Shown here one piece after another: positions 55,521 to 64,000 of a stretch of DNA of 64,000 bases. The stretch is taken from contig JANOTL010000094.1 in assembly GCA_031416315.1 (NCBI GenBank), positions 32,001 to 96,000 on the forward strand, in the 5' to 3' direction. The DNA is from Pseudomonadota bacterium (lineage in GTDB: Bacteria > Bdellovibrionota_B > Oligoflexia > Oligoflexales > CAIYRB01). Position 1 is the first letter of the stretch, and every line of letters starts with the position of its first letter. Both the position numbers and the translations under genes were made by a program. The notes beneath the pieces are model-generated. The model was given only the letters and a program-made list of their open reading frames with translations. It did not search any database and was not told the origin of the DNA.

Positions 55521-56243
55521 TCAACGAGCCTCGAGGAATTCCCGGCTGGCCGGTGCCGTCAGATCCACGTACCGCGTGATGTGCTCGTCTTGCGCCGCCA
55601 CTTCTTCCATGGTCTGCGCGTCGCCTTCGAGCGAGTCGATGTTGGAGGCGATGCCGATCACGGCACCGATCGCGTCGAAGAGCGGGCCGCCGGAGTCGCC
55701 CGGCAAGCCGCCGACGTGCGTTCCCTCGGCAAACCGCGATACGGCGCGATTCAGCCCTTGCACCGTAATGATGCCTTCCGCGACGGTCTTCACCACATTC
55801 GTTCCAGCGCGAAGCGTCCCACTCGTGCTCGCGTCGTTGATGTCGGCGCGGCCGCAGCCGACGAGGCGCACGGGATCTTCGGCTTCGGGGGCCTCAGTGG
55901 CGACCCGCGGATACCGCGATACCGCGGGGGAAGCCGCGAACGTGAGGACCGCCAAGTCCAGAGCGTACGAAACGCGCCGCGCCGTCGGCCGGAATCCGCC
56001 GACTTCGACTTCGAGCGGCGTCCAATTCGCTTCGGCGCAATGCGCGGCCGTGAGGAGGGTGCTTTCCGAAATGAAGACGCCGGTGCACGTGCCCGATCCT
56101 GAGACCCGCAGACACCGGCTCGCCTCGCCGGAAGTTGTCACGACGATGCCCGCGCCGATAAGCGTGCGCGAGCCATCATGCGTCCCAGAGCCGCAACCGA
56201 CTGCGAAACATACGAGGAAGGGGATCGATGGAAATCGAGGCAA
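55521..56243 (-). CDS. Trypsin-family serine protease, probable lipoprotein
   Basis: AVGC lipobox, CTG, TAAHC, DLAV, GDSGGP. Confidence 0.85.
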   Translation of the reverse strand: MPRFPSIPFLVCFAVGCGSGTHDGSRTLIGAGIVVTTSGEASRCLRVSGSGTCTGVFISESTLLTAAHCAEANWTPLEVEVGGFRPTARRVSYALDLAVLTFAASPAVSRYPRVATEAPEAEDPVRLVGCGRADINDASTSGTLRAGTNVVKTVAEGIITVQGLNRAVSRFAEGTHVGGLPGDSGGPLFDAIGAVIGIASNIDSLEGDAQTMEEVAAQDEHITRYVDLTAPASREFLEAR

Positions 56244-56323
56244 GGCGGCGCTCCAATGACGGCATTCGCTTAGTCATCGCCGCCTTTGGCGCAATTGTCC
56301 ACAAAGGATCCCGCAGACAGCGC

Positions 56324-56590
56324 TTACACGCCGTTGGCAGAGCGCCCGCGCCGACTCACCGGCTGCTCCGGCAGCTCCGGCGGATCCTCGACCATTGGCG
56401 GCGGCATCGGATGCGGCTGGGGATCGCTCTCGGGCGTGCGCGTAGGTAGCGGCTCTTGCTCCGGCGGCGCGTGCGGTTCCGGATTGCGCTCCGGCGGCAT
56501 TGGCTCCGCATCCGGCAATCGCGGATCGCGAGCGGGGACCGGATCGGTGGAAGGACGAACGGGGGAATCATGATTCTCATGAGCGCTCAT
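56324..56590 (-). CDS. Small Pro-rich disordered protein
   Basis: AAGGAGG RBS before ATG 56590; own sigma-54 motif. Confidence 0.65.
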   Translation of the reverse strand: MSAHENHDSPVRPSTDPVPARDPRLPDAEPMPPERNPEPHAPPEQEPLPTRTPESDPQPHPMPPPMVEDPPELPEQPVSRRGRSANGV

Positions 56591-56619
56591 GGGACACCTC
56601 CTTGGCTGACCAGGAAGCG

Positions 56620-56636
56620 TGCAACACGCGTGCCGC
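56620..56636 (-). promoter_or_regulatory. Sigma-54 promoter of Pro-rich gene
   Basis: Minus strand GCGGCACGCGTGTTGCA. Confidence 0.72.
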
Positions 56637-56639
56637 GGA

Positions 56640-57629
56640 CTAACGCCGGCGACGCCGCGCTTTCGAAGGCGTGCGCAGCCGCACGATCTGTTCCTCGAGC
56701 TCGTCATGCTGCATACGGACGAGCGCCATGTCGTGCGCCAGATCTCGACCGATTTCACGACGCAACTTCGTCAAGCGCGCAGCGCTACCTTTTGCCTTGC
56801 GAAATCCCCACGCGACGTGCTTTTGCAATTCGCGGATCTTCGTGCGGGCGCGCGTGAGGCTTTTCTCGACGGCGCGCCGGAGGGCCATCACGTCGCCGAT
56901 CGGCGCCGCCCTTAAATTGAGGGGCGCGCTCGCGTCCTGCGCGACGCCCGTGAGAATGCGCTCGAGGCGCGCGAGGTCGCCCTCTTCGTAGGCGTCCTGA
57001 ACCTCGTGCCAGAGCTCGCGCTTCTCACCGGAGGGATCGGCGTTGAAGTCGGGATGCAGCGCGCGCACCAGACGGCGGTAGACGACTTTCAGATAGCTTT
57101 GGGCGGTCTCGTCTTCCGCGTCTTTGAGCGTCGCGCGGCTTGCGCCGCGGCGGTCGCCCTCGCGTCCGGAGCTGCGCTCGTCGCGCTCGCGCCTTTCTTC
57201 GTACGCCTCGCGGAACCGGTCGAAGTAGTCGTCGTCATCGTCATCGTCATCGTCGTCTGGTTCGGCCTCGGCTTCGGCCGCTTCCGCGGCCGCCGCAGCC
57301 GCTTCGACGTCCGCCCAGAGCTCTGCGAAAAAGCCCTGCGCCTGCGCATCCTCCAGCACGGTCAAAGCCACGCGCCGCGAGCATCCCTTCCACTCCGCGT
57401 AAGTCTCGACGTCCTCCAGCAGCCGGCGCAAGGCCGATGCGGCCGCGCTGACGCGATGGAGCTCCTCGACCTCGGCCGCGAACTCCGCGTCGACCCAGCG
57501 CTGAAAGTCGGGGAGATCGCCGTCCTCGAATTGCTTCAGGCGCTTGGTCTCGCGATCGAAGACGCGACAGGCCTCGTGGTATCCCCTCAGCTCCTCGTCG
57601 CGGCGCTCTCGCGCGTCGACCAGGATCAT
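56640..57629 (-). CDS. J-domain-containing coiled-coil protein
   Basis: GGAGG RBS; YRRLVRALHPD...AYE; poly-Asp tract. Confidence 0.82.
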   Translation of the reverse strand: MILVDARERRDEELRGYHEACRVFDRETKRLKQFEDGDLPDFQRWVDAEFAAEVEELHRVSAAASALRRLLEDVETYAEWKGCSRRVALTVLEDAQAQGFFAELWADVEAAAAAAEAAEAEAEPDDDDDDDDDDYFDRFREAYEERRERDERSSGREGDRRGASRATLKDAEDETAQSYLKVVYRRLVRALHPDFNADPSGEKRELWHEVQDAYEEGDLARLERILTGVAQDASAPLNLRAAPIGDVMALRRAVEKSLTRARTKIRELQKHVAWGFRKAKGSAARLTKLRREIGRDLAHDMALVRMQHDELEEQIVRLRTPSKARRRRR

Positions 57630-57876
57630 CGCGACCTCCGTCGACCGAGGTCCGCGCGAGCGTAGTGATGGAGTGCGGGACGAGGCCATGGTTCGGGATC
57701 CTACCCGAAAACGCGCGTCCACGGGCCAGCTGCAGGCTAAGCGGCGGATCTACCGTCAGTTCCTCGGATCTCGGAGCCGCGCCGCCGGTCCAAAAAAGCG
57801 TGCACCCGCCCGCGCCCCCGCGCATACTGGAACTCTCCCAGGATTCCCCGCGATTGCATGAACCTTAGGAGGTCCA

Positions 57877-58692
57877 GTGCGCCGCTTCCTCGCTCTGCTG
57901 CCTATGCTCTTTCTGTCCTTGATGGTCTGGGGTTGCTCGAGTCCCGAGAACTCGCTGAAGGAAGCTCGCGAGAAACTCGACGTGAAGGATTACGCCACGG
58001 CCCTCAAGGCGGTCCGTGAGGCGCGCCATCTCCTCCTGAAGGAGGACAAGCCCAACCCCAAGATGCTTGGCACGGCGCGCTACCTCGAGTTCATGTCCCT
58101 CTACGACAACAAGAAGCCGAAGGAGGCCTTGGCGCTCCTCGGAAGAAAGGAGCCAAAGCCTTACGTGATCCCGCCGAAGGATGCCGGCTGGATGGGCTCC
58201 GCCGGCGCCGAGCTCGCGGCCGAGGCAGGCGACGCCGAGCTCACGAAAAAATACTCGAACGACTGCATCACGCATCGGCGCGCCGAAAAGGACGCGAAAG
58301 CCGAGATTTTTTGCAGCACGAACGCGTGCTCTCTTCTAGGCAAAGCGAAAAAAGTCGAGATGAAGACCGAGTTCGGTCTCAAAGCGCTCGACGTGGCCGT
58401 AACCTCCAACGCTGCGCCGCTCGTCGTCACCGACGCCGTCGCTTGCGTCCTCGACGGCGTCGAAGCCGGGAAAGCCCCGAAAAAGTTGCCGCCGGAATTC
58501 ACCAAGCACGACGTCGCCGTCAAGAAAGCGCTCGCCGCGGACACGAGGGGAAAAGGTTTGCTCGCACGCATGGAGGCGCTCGCCGAGCCGGCCGTCGCGG
58601 CCGCGAAGGGCAAGGGGAAGGCCAAGGGAAAAGCGGCGGCGAAAAAGGCGCCGCCCGGCAAAGGCAAGAAGGTCGCGACGAAGAAAAAATGA
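57877..58692 (+). CDS. Hypothetical lipoprotein with Lys/Ala-rich tail
   Basis: AGGAGG RBS, VWGC lipobox, helical/TPR-like body. Confidence 0.72.
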   Translation: MRRFLALLPMLFLSLMVWGCSSPENSLKEAREKLDVKDYATALKAVREARHLLLKEDKPNPKMLGTARYLEFMSLYDNKKPKEALALLGRKEPKPYVIPPKDAGWMGSAGAELAAEAGDAELTKKYSNDCITHRRAEKDAKAEIFCSTNACSLLGKAKKVEMKTEFGLKALDVAVTSNAAPLVVTDAVACVLDGVEAGKAPKKLPPEFTKHDVAVKKALAADTRGKGLLARMEALAEPAVAAAKGKGKAKGKAAAKKAPPGKGKKVATKKK

Positions 58693-58926
58693 GCCTCCCT
58701 GCATTCAAGACGACCTTCTCCCCGGCCTAGGCCTCACCGCGCCCCTGAGCTCGAAGACCCTGCGCGACCGGACGAAACGACGCCTTTCGGCACGATCCGA
58801 CCCCGGCCGGCTCTGGCCGAGGAAGAAACATGAATAAATTCAATGACTTTGATCTCTGTGGCCTCGCCGCGGCGAATGTCCTACTGTAAGGCCCTCGTAA
58901 CGCGCGTCTTGGAGAATCTGCCTGCT

Positions 58927-59331
58927 ATGACCTCACCTCTGAAGCCGACTCCGCAAACCGTGGAATTGATCAAGCACAAGGACGGCACGGGTCCCTGGAT
59001 CAGCATCACCAGCCAAAGGCCGAATGCGACCAGCGTCGAATGCATGGGCCGCCGCGGCGACGTCTGCATGATCCCGCAAGCGATGCTCGTGGGCGAGCCG
59101 TACGAAGTGCCTTTCAACGAAGTGCCGCAAGCGCAGCAAAAGGCCTACTGCCAACGCTTCGGCTTCGAGATCCCGCACTTCGAGCCGCCTGCCAAGCCGG
59201 TGAAGAAAAAGGCCGCCCCCAAGAAGGCCAAAGCCGGCGGCGCCAAGCTCGCCGCGCCGAAAGCCGCGCCGAAGCCGAAGAAAGCCAAGGCCGAAGACGA
59301 AGAAGGCGAAGCGTCCGGGGACGACGACTGA
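58927..59331 (+). CDS. Hypothetical protein with Lys/Ala/Pro-rich tail
   Basis: GGAG upstream, GC3-rich, first gene of a three-gene run. Confidence 0.65.
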   Translation: MTSPLKPTPQTVELIKHKDGTGPWISITSQRPNATSVECMGRRGDVCMIPQAMLVGEPYEVPFNEVPQAQQKAYCQRFGFEIPHFEPPAKPVKKKAAPKKAKAGGAKLAAPKAAPKPKKAKAEDEEGEASGDDD

Positions 59332-59333
59332 GC

Positions 59334-59765
59334 ATGGCTCTCGATCAGGACAACTTGATCCGCGTCACCAAGACCTTCAACGCGCCGAAGGGCGCCGTGT
59401 ACGAGACCTGCGCCGACGAGGATTTCTTCGATTTTTGCGGCGTCGACATCGACTCGGGCGATTGCGAGCTCGCCGTCGGCGGCGCCTACTCCTACGTCGT
59501 CGACGACGACGACTTCGTCAAAGGCGAGTTCCGCGAGATCAAGCCGAACGAGCGCCTCGTCTTCACTTGGCTGACGCAGGGCTTGGACGGCCCGACGGGC
59601 GAGACCCTGGTCACGCTGTCATTCTCCGGCGAAGGCGCGCGCAGCGAGCTCGTCCTCGAGCATTCGGGCATCAAGCATCGCAAAACGGCGAAAGCGCACG
59701 AGGAAGCCTGGGTCGAGATCCTCGAAGCGATCGCCGAGGATCTCGCCGAGCGCGCGAAAAAGTGA
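59334..59765 (+). CDS. SRPBCC/AHSA1 domain protein
   Basis: FNAP...VY, VGGAY, GEFREIKPNERLVFTW, T.VTL.F, H...W. Confidence 0.85.
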   Translation: MALDQDNLIRVTKTFNAPKGAVYETCADEDFFDFCGVDIDSGDCELAVGGAYSYVVDDDDFVKGEFREIKPNERLVFTWLTQGLDGPTGETLVTLSFSGEGARSELVLEHSGIKHRKTAKAHEEAWVEILEAIAEDLAERAKK

Positions 59766-60463
59766 GCGACGGCGCCCCGTGGTCTCTTTTCTTCGACGGC
59801 GGCTCCGTCGGCAATCCGGGCCCCTCCGCCGGCGCTGCCGTGCTCACGCGACCGGACGGCGAGATCCTGCGCGCGAGCCAGTTCCTGGCCCGTGCCACCA
59901 ACAATCAGGCTGAATACACCGGCCTTCTCTGCGGCCTCCGACTGGCGCGCGAGGCCGGCGCCGCGCGCCTCGACGTAAAGGGCGACTCCAAGCTCGTCGT
60001 CTGCCAGTTCACCGGCGAATGGCGGGCGAAGGAGCCGCCGCTGCAAAAGCTCCTCGCCGAGGCGAAAGACCTCGCGCGCGCCTTCACGGCGGTCGACATC
60101 GCTTGGATTCCGCGCGCCGAGAACGCCGAGGCCGACCTCGAGGTGCGGCGCTGCCTCGACGCGCACGTGCCGAAGAGCGTCCTGGCGCAAGCCTCGTTCC
60201 AAGAGCTGGCGAAGCTCAAGGTCGGGGGCCAGGACGAATTCTCCCGTATGAAACGCGACGTGCTCCTCGAGCGGCTTGGCGACAGGAAAGTCGAGGCCCT
60301 CGCGACGATCGCGACCGCGTTCCAAGACCTCCCCGAAGGCAGAGAGAAGCTCGAGCTCACCGCCCTCCGCTGGATGGGCCGCGGTCTTCCGCCGGTCCAG
60401 GCCGCGCAAAAGGTCCTGGTCGACCTCGAGATCAGCCGCGCCGCGGCAAAACGCCGTCGCTGA
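59762..60463 (+). CDS. rnhA: Ribonuclease HI family protein with C-terminal extension
   Basis: FDGGS.GNPGP, TNNQAEY, GDSKLV, WIPR.EN..AD. Confidence 0.85.
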   Translation: MSDGAPWSLFFDGGSVGNPGPSAGAAVLTRPDGEILRASQFLARATNNQAEYTGLLCGLRLAREAGAARLDVKGDSKLVVCQFTGEWRAKEPPLQKLLAEAKDLARAFTAVDIAWIPRAENAEADLEVRRCLDAHVPKSVLAQASFQELAKLKVGGQDEFSRMKRDVLLERLGDRKVEALATIATAFQDLPEGREKLELTALRWMGRGLPPVQAAQKVLVDLEISRAAAKRRR

Positions 60464-60875
60464 ACGAAAAATCCGCCGGCACCTCGATCCCGACACTTTG
60501 GAACGCGGCGGCCGACCAACCGTAGTCGAAAGAGATCTCCTCGCCCGCCGCGATCGGCCGCAGCGCGATGATCAGGATCGAGTCCTGCATCAGCACGAAA
60601 TGCGCGTTCGGATCGAACGAGTGATTGTAGAGCGAGACGTAGCCCAGTGCGATCAGCTCGTAATCGTCGCGATGCGAGAACGTGTAGTTCGTCAGGAACG
60701 ACTCGCTGAGCCGGCCCACGTCCCGGGCCGGGATCGTCAGGGCGGGGGCCGACTCCGCCGCCTCGCCCTGCTTGATCGGCTCTTTCGCGAAGACGCCGCG
60801 CCCTTTGTGCCCCGCGTCGCCGACGCGGACTTTGTGGCAGTGATAGCTCATCTGGCGGCGCTTACCCTTCGGCAT
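60432..60875 (-). CDS. SET-domain protein (lysine methyltransferase-like)
   Basis: GRGVFA, YNHSFDPN, I.AGEEISFDYG. Confidence 0.9.
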   Translation of the reverse strand: MPKGKRRQMSYHCHKVRVGDAGHKGRGVFAKEPIKQGEAAESAPALTIPARDVGRLSESFLTNYTFSHRDDYELIALGYVSLYNHSFDPNAHFVLMQDSILIIALRPIAAGEEISFDYGWSAAAFQSVGIEVPADFSFSDGVLPRRG

Positions 60876-60892
60876 TTATGGGTCCTCTGGCC

Positions 60893-62377
60893 TCATTCGA
60901 TATCATATTTCCGAGAGTAGACCGAGTAAGACGGCATCCCCTGGATCTTGTCGGGAACGACGGCGACGAGCTCCAGCTTGTAGTCGACTCCGGCCGTGAA
61001 AATATGCTCAGGAATCGCCATCGTGCGGTTCTGGCCGGAGCTGTCGACGCTGGTCCAGACCACTTTCCCGTCGGCGGCGTTAGAGACGATCGCGTGCCAT
61101 TGAAACGTCTGGAATTCCCCGAAGGGATTGCCGACGAGGAGCGCCGTGCGGGTCGAGGCGTCGTACTGCGCCGAGATCGCGTCGAGGCGCAGGTCCGGGA
61201 AGACGAAAGGAAACTCGAGGTGCCACGGCGACTCGCGGGGGCCGAAGGCGAGCTGGAAGAAGAGGGTCTCGTGCGCGCGCGGCTCTTTCCCGTCTTGGAG
61301 GATGACCTTTCTTCCGAAGATGCCGTCGCCGGCACGGCCGTCGTGGCTCTGGCCGTCGTCGGCGAGCAGACGATTGAAGGCGGTCATCAAGGGATCGCCG
61401 CTGGCGGATGTACTAATGAAATACGAGCCGTTCAGAAGCGAGGGCGCCCCCCGCACCGCGACCGCTACCGGCGTGACGTCGTCGCGCACCTTCGTTATGA
61501 ACGTGAGCGAGGTCTCGAAGCCGTCGCCGTCGTCGCGTGGGCGCATCGCAAACTGTGTGCTGATCCACTCCGTCCCCTCGACGAAGAAAGGATCCGTATC
61601 CGCCTCACCCGGCGTCGCGTCCGCCACGTAGTCGCCGTTCGCGTCCGGATCGAAGATATCGAGCACCCCGTTGCCGTTGTCGTCGGGGTCGAGCACGTTC
61701 ATGATGCCGTCGCCGTCGATGTCGGTATCCCGCTCGTTGGGAACGCCGTCCATGTCGAAGTCGACCGACGAATCGCGGCGGCCGTCGAGGAACGCCATGC
61801 TTTCGAGCGGCCGCTCGCCGATGCTGACCGAGCCGTCCGGGACGCCGTCGCCGTTTTGGTCGGAGGCCAGGTCCCGCGTCACGCGCAGCCCGTCTAAGTT
61901 ATGAAACGTGATGATCGCGCCGCGGTTGATCAAGATCGGCAGCTCGCGGGCGGACGTGGTGAAGAACTGGCGGATCGTGCTCGGCGTCCTGTTCGGGATG
62001 GAGAGGACGGCGCTTAGCTGATAGTCCGGCGTGAGCAGCGCCAAGGTCTGCGGCCGGTGCGTACTGACCCGGGGCAAGGTGAAGAGGCCGGCCGCATCGA
62101 TCTCGCCGACGCGCGCGATCCTCGTGTCACGCTCGATGGCCGCGACGATCCAGCCCTGCAGCGTGCGCGCGCCGCCGCCGTTCTCATCGTGGATGGCGCC
62201 GCGCAGCGTGGTGTTCGCCGTGGCCTCGAGCGTAAGCGGCGCCGGCCGCGACGGCTCGTCGCGAAATTTGCCGGACGTGCCGCTGCCCTGCAGCAAGAGA
62301 TGGCGCGCGACTTCGAGCGGCGTTTCGCCGATGCCGCAGCCGGAGACGAGAAATGCCAAAGCGAGGAGCTTCTTCAT
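60893..62377 (-). CDS. Lipoprotein with Ca-binding DxDxDG repeats and a choice-of-anchor-X-like motif
   Basis: VSGC lipobox; DQNGDG, DMDG, DIDGDG, DDNGNG; LADDG...D..AGDGIF. Confidence 0.75.
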   Translation of the reverse strand: MKKLLALAFLVSGCGIGETPLEVARHLLLQGSGTSGKFRDEPSRPAPLTLEATANTTLRGAIHDENGGGARTLQGWIVAAIERDTRIARVGEIDAAGLFTLPRVSTHRPQTLALLTPDYQLSAVLSIPNRTPSTIRQFFTTSARELPILINRGAIITFHNLDGLRVTRDLASDQNGDGVPDGSVSIGERPLESMAFLDGRRDSSVDFDMDGVPNERDTDIDGDGIMNVLDPDDNGNGVLDIFDPDANGDYVADATPGEADTDPFFVEGTEWISTQFAMRPRDDGDGFETSLTFITKVRDDVTPVAVAVRGAPSLLNGSYFISTSASGDPLMTAFNRLLADDGQSHDGRAGDGIFGRKVILQDGKEPRAHETLFFQLAFGPRESPWHLEFPFVFPDLRLDAISAQYDASTRTALLVGNPFGEFQTFQWHAIVSNAADGKVVWTSVDSSGQNRTMAIPEHIFTAGVDYKLELVAVVPDKIQGMPSYSVYSRKYDIE

Positions 62378-62493
62378 GGACGGGAGACCTCGTGGTGTTA
62401 AGTACGATTTTACTCGGTACTCGCGCCGTAGAGGCCAGCCCGTCGCGCACGAAGTGTAGACGCCAAAAACAATAATTGAATTAAATCGATTGG

Positions 62494-63045
62494 TTACATC
62501 TTTCGGCGGTGCAGCGCCGTGAGCTCGATAGCGACGCTGTTCTCCGCGTCGTCCGTCAAGAGCACCTGACCGTCCTCGATCAAGCAGTGAAGCTTCATCG
62601 AGCGGTCGATCATCGCTGCGAGGCCGCTTTCGTCGCTGACGCCGAGGTGCGTCACCTCGAGGTGCTCGAAGCGCTCCATCTTATCCTTCATCCCTTCGTA
62701 CCAAACCTTGGACGCGCCCTTTTGGTAGGTGTAAACGGAGACCCGCCGCGCCTTGCCGCAAGACTGGCGCAGCCTTTTCTCGACCGGTTGCCCCAACTCG
62801 ATCCAGTGCTGGATCTCGCCCGTGAGATCGACCTGCCAGAGATCCGGCTCCTCCGCCGCGCCGAGCCCCTTCGTGAACGCCAAATGCTCGTGAGCGTTCA
62901 AGGCGAAGGCCACGAGCCGCAGCACCATCCGCAGATCCGTCTCCGAGGCGTGGCGCGCCACCGTCAGCTCATGCTCCTCGTAATACTGGCGCCTCAGGTC
63001 CGAGATCCCCAGATGCACTTTGAAAATCGTCGATTTTATGGCCAA
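62494..63045 (-). CDS. yaeQ: YaeQ family protein
   Basis: AIKSTIFK, ARH.SETD.RM..RL.AF, FTKGL...EPDLW, WIELGQP; TTG after GGAGG. Confidence 0.9.
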   Translation of the reverse strand: MAIKSTIFKVHLGISDLRRQYYEEHELTVARHASETDLRMVLRLVAFALNAHEHLAFTKGLGAAEEPDLWQVDLTGEIQHWIELGQPVEKRLRQSCGKARRVSVYTYQKGASKVWYEGMKDKMERFEHLEVTHLGVSDESGLAAMIDRSMKLHCLIEDGQVLLTDDAENSVAIELTALHRRKM

Positions 63046-63072
63046 CTCGAGCCTCCATCGAGGGAAGCCTAT

Positions 63073-64000
63073 ATGAAATTGAAGCTGATCGACGAGCTGA
63101 ACCAGCGCTACCTGCAGCTGCACGGCGCCAAGGAAGACGCCTTCTGGGCGAAAAAGATGGCGCACGCCGGTTACGTCGAGGGGGCGTTCGAGAAGCACGA
63201 GATCGCCCTCAAGGATTTCGTCGGCACTTCCAAGGAGCTGCCGCGGCTGCGTACTGAGCTGGCGCGGCCGGATCTCGCGGCGGACGAAAAGACCGGCCTC
63301 GAGGGCTGGCGCCGCTTTTTCGAGGTGAACGCCGTCGAGTCCGCCGAGGCGCGCGCCCTGCAGGGGAAGATCATCGCGATGGAAGGCGAGCTGGAGCGGG
63401 CCCGCGGCTCCATGCGGCTCGGCTACGTCGACCCCGTGAGCGGTGCGCACGTCGATGCCGGCTCGGAGAAGCTCACGCTCTTGCTCGAGACTGCGCCCAA
63501 CGCGGCCCTGCGCCGCGCTGCCTGGGAAGGCCTAGGCAAGATCGAGACGCACGTCCTCGCCAACGGCTTTCTCGACGTCGTCCGCGAACGCAACAAGCTC
63601 GGCCGGATGCTGGGCTTCGAGGACTACTACGACTACAAGGTCAACTTGAACGAGGGCTTCTCGAAGAAAACCCTGTTCGGCCTCCTCGACGAGCTCGAGC
63701 GCGAGACGCGTCGCGCCGCGGACGCTGCCTTGTCCAAGCTCGCCGCCGAACGCGGCCCAGCGGCGCGCGAGCCGTGGAATTTCGTCAACGCCATCGCGGG
63801 CGACCTCACCGCCAAGCTCGACCCGTACTTTCCGTTCGAGCTGGCTCTCGAGCGCTGGGGCCGCTCCTTCGCGGCGATGGGCATCGCCTTCCGCGGCGCC
63901 ACCTTGGGCTTGGACCTCATGGCGCGCCGCGGCAAGGAAGAGAACGGCTTCATGCACGGCCCCGGCCCGGGCTTCATGGACCACGGCACGTTCCGCCCCG
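63073..64000 (+). CDS. M3-family oligoendopeptidase, 3'-truncated by window edge (absent from ORF track)
   Basis: Open frame from ATG 63073: LH..KED.FW, RRAAW, RN...R.LGFEDYY, YFPF, RRGKEENGFMHG; HEXXH not yet reached. Confidence 0.78.
   Translation, partial: MKLKLIDELNQRYLQLHGAKEDAFWAKKMAHAGYVEGAFEKHEIALKDFVGTSKELPRLRTELARPDLAADEKTGLEGWRRFFEVNAVESAEARALQGKIIAMEGELERARGSMRLGYVDPVSGAHVDAGSEKLTLLLETAPNAALRRAAWEGLGKIETHVLANGFLDVVRERNKLGRMLGFEDYYDYKVNLNEGFSKKTLFGLLDELERETRRAADAALSKLAAERGPAAREPWNFVNAIAGDLTAKLDPYFPFELALERWGRSFAAMGIAFRGATLGLDLMARRGKEENGFMHGPGPGFMDHGTFRP

Noticed and set aside
57228..57257. (TCG/TCA)n microsatellite
   Set aside because: In-frame poly-Asp coding tract, not a phase-variation repeat
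57712..57730. TGGCCCG motif upstream of the J-domain gene
   Set aside because: GG-GC spacing is not 10 nt
58858..58874. GG-N10-GC motif (GTGGCCTCGCCGCGGCG) with an IHF-like AT patch upstream
   Set aside because: The -12 element lacks TT; too weak in GC-rich DNA
1..64000. Many long alternative-frame and antisense ORFs in the track (e.g. 2630-4147, 7798-9504, 10574-12052, 60878-61897)
   Set aside because: Arg/Ala/Gly/Pro-rich shadows of real genes, expected in high-GC DNA; no motifs or RBS
1..64000. CRISPR arrays, rRNA, tRNA, transposases, integrases, phage or defence genes
   Set aside because: No regularly spaced repeats or diagnostic motifs seen by eye; a covariance-model search was not possible

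Overview
High-GC bacterial chromosomal window with about 69 CDS and no rRNA, tRNA, CRISPR array or recognisable mobile element. The gene families (TIGR02147-type regulator, 'GFDDND' secreted proteins, many orphan lipoproteins) suggest Bdellovibrionota/Oligoflexia or a related deltaproteobacterial lineage; this is inference. The main signal is a ~20-kb island (~4.3-24.9 kb) with 12 correctly spaced sigma-54 (GG-N10-GC) promoter motifs. Nine of them have a shared 16-bp palindrome (TGCGYSA-NN-TSRCGCA) only 9, 10 or 19 nt upstream of the -24 GG. The island encodes an NtrC-family activator next to a sensorless kinase whose phospho-His is replaced by Asp. It also encodes three tandem USPs, three stand-alone CBS proteins, two monoheme cytochrome c-TPR paralogues, four paralogous secreted two-domain Cys-paired 'GFDDND' proteins, secreted papain and trypsin-LRR proteases, and a FixL-like PAS kinase whose paralogue lies just upstream. 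Together this looks like an undescribed sigma-54-dependent hypoxia/dormancy or envelope-stress regulon. The rest of the window holds a diheme peroxidase with LysR, a PHP gene next to an exported CHAD-like lipoprotein, a large hybrid kinase, hemerythrin and a degenerate cyanophycin-synthetase-like gene. It also holds pstS divergent from pstCAB, cls, ggt, lexA with a candidate new SOS box, a GH15 remnant, RNase HI, a SET protein, yaeQ and an M3 peptidase running off the right end. All calls come from motif reading; no database searches were run.
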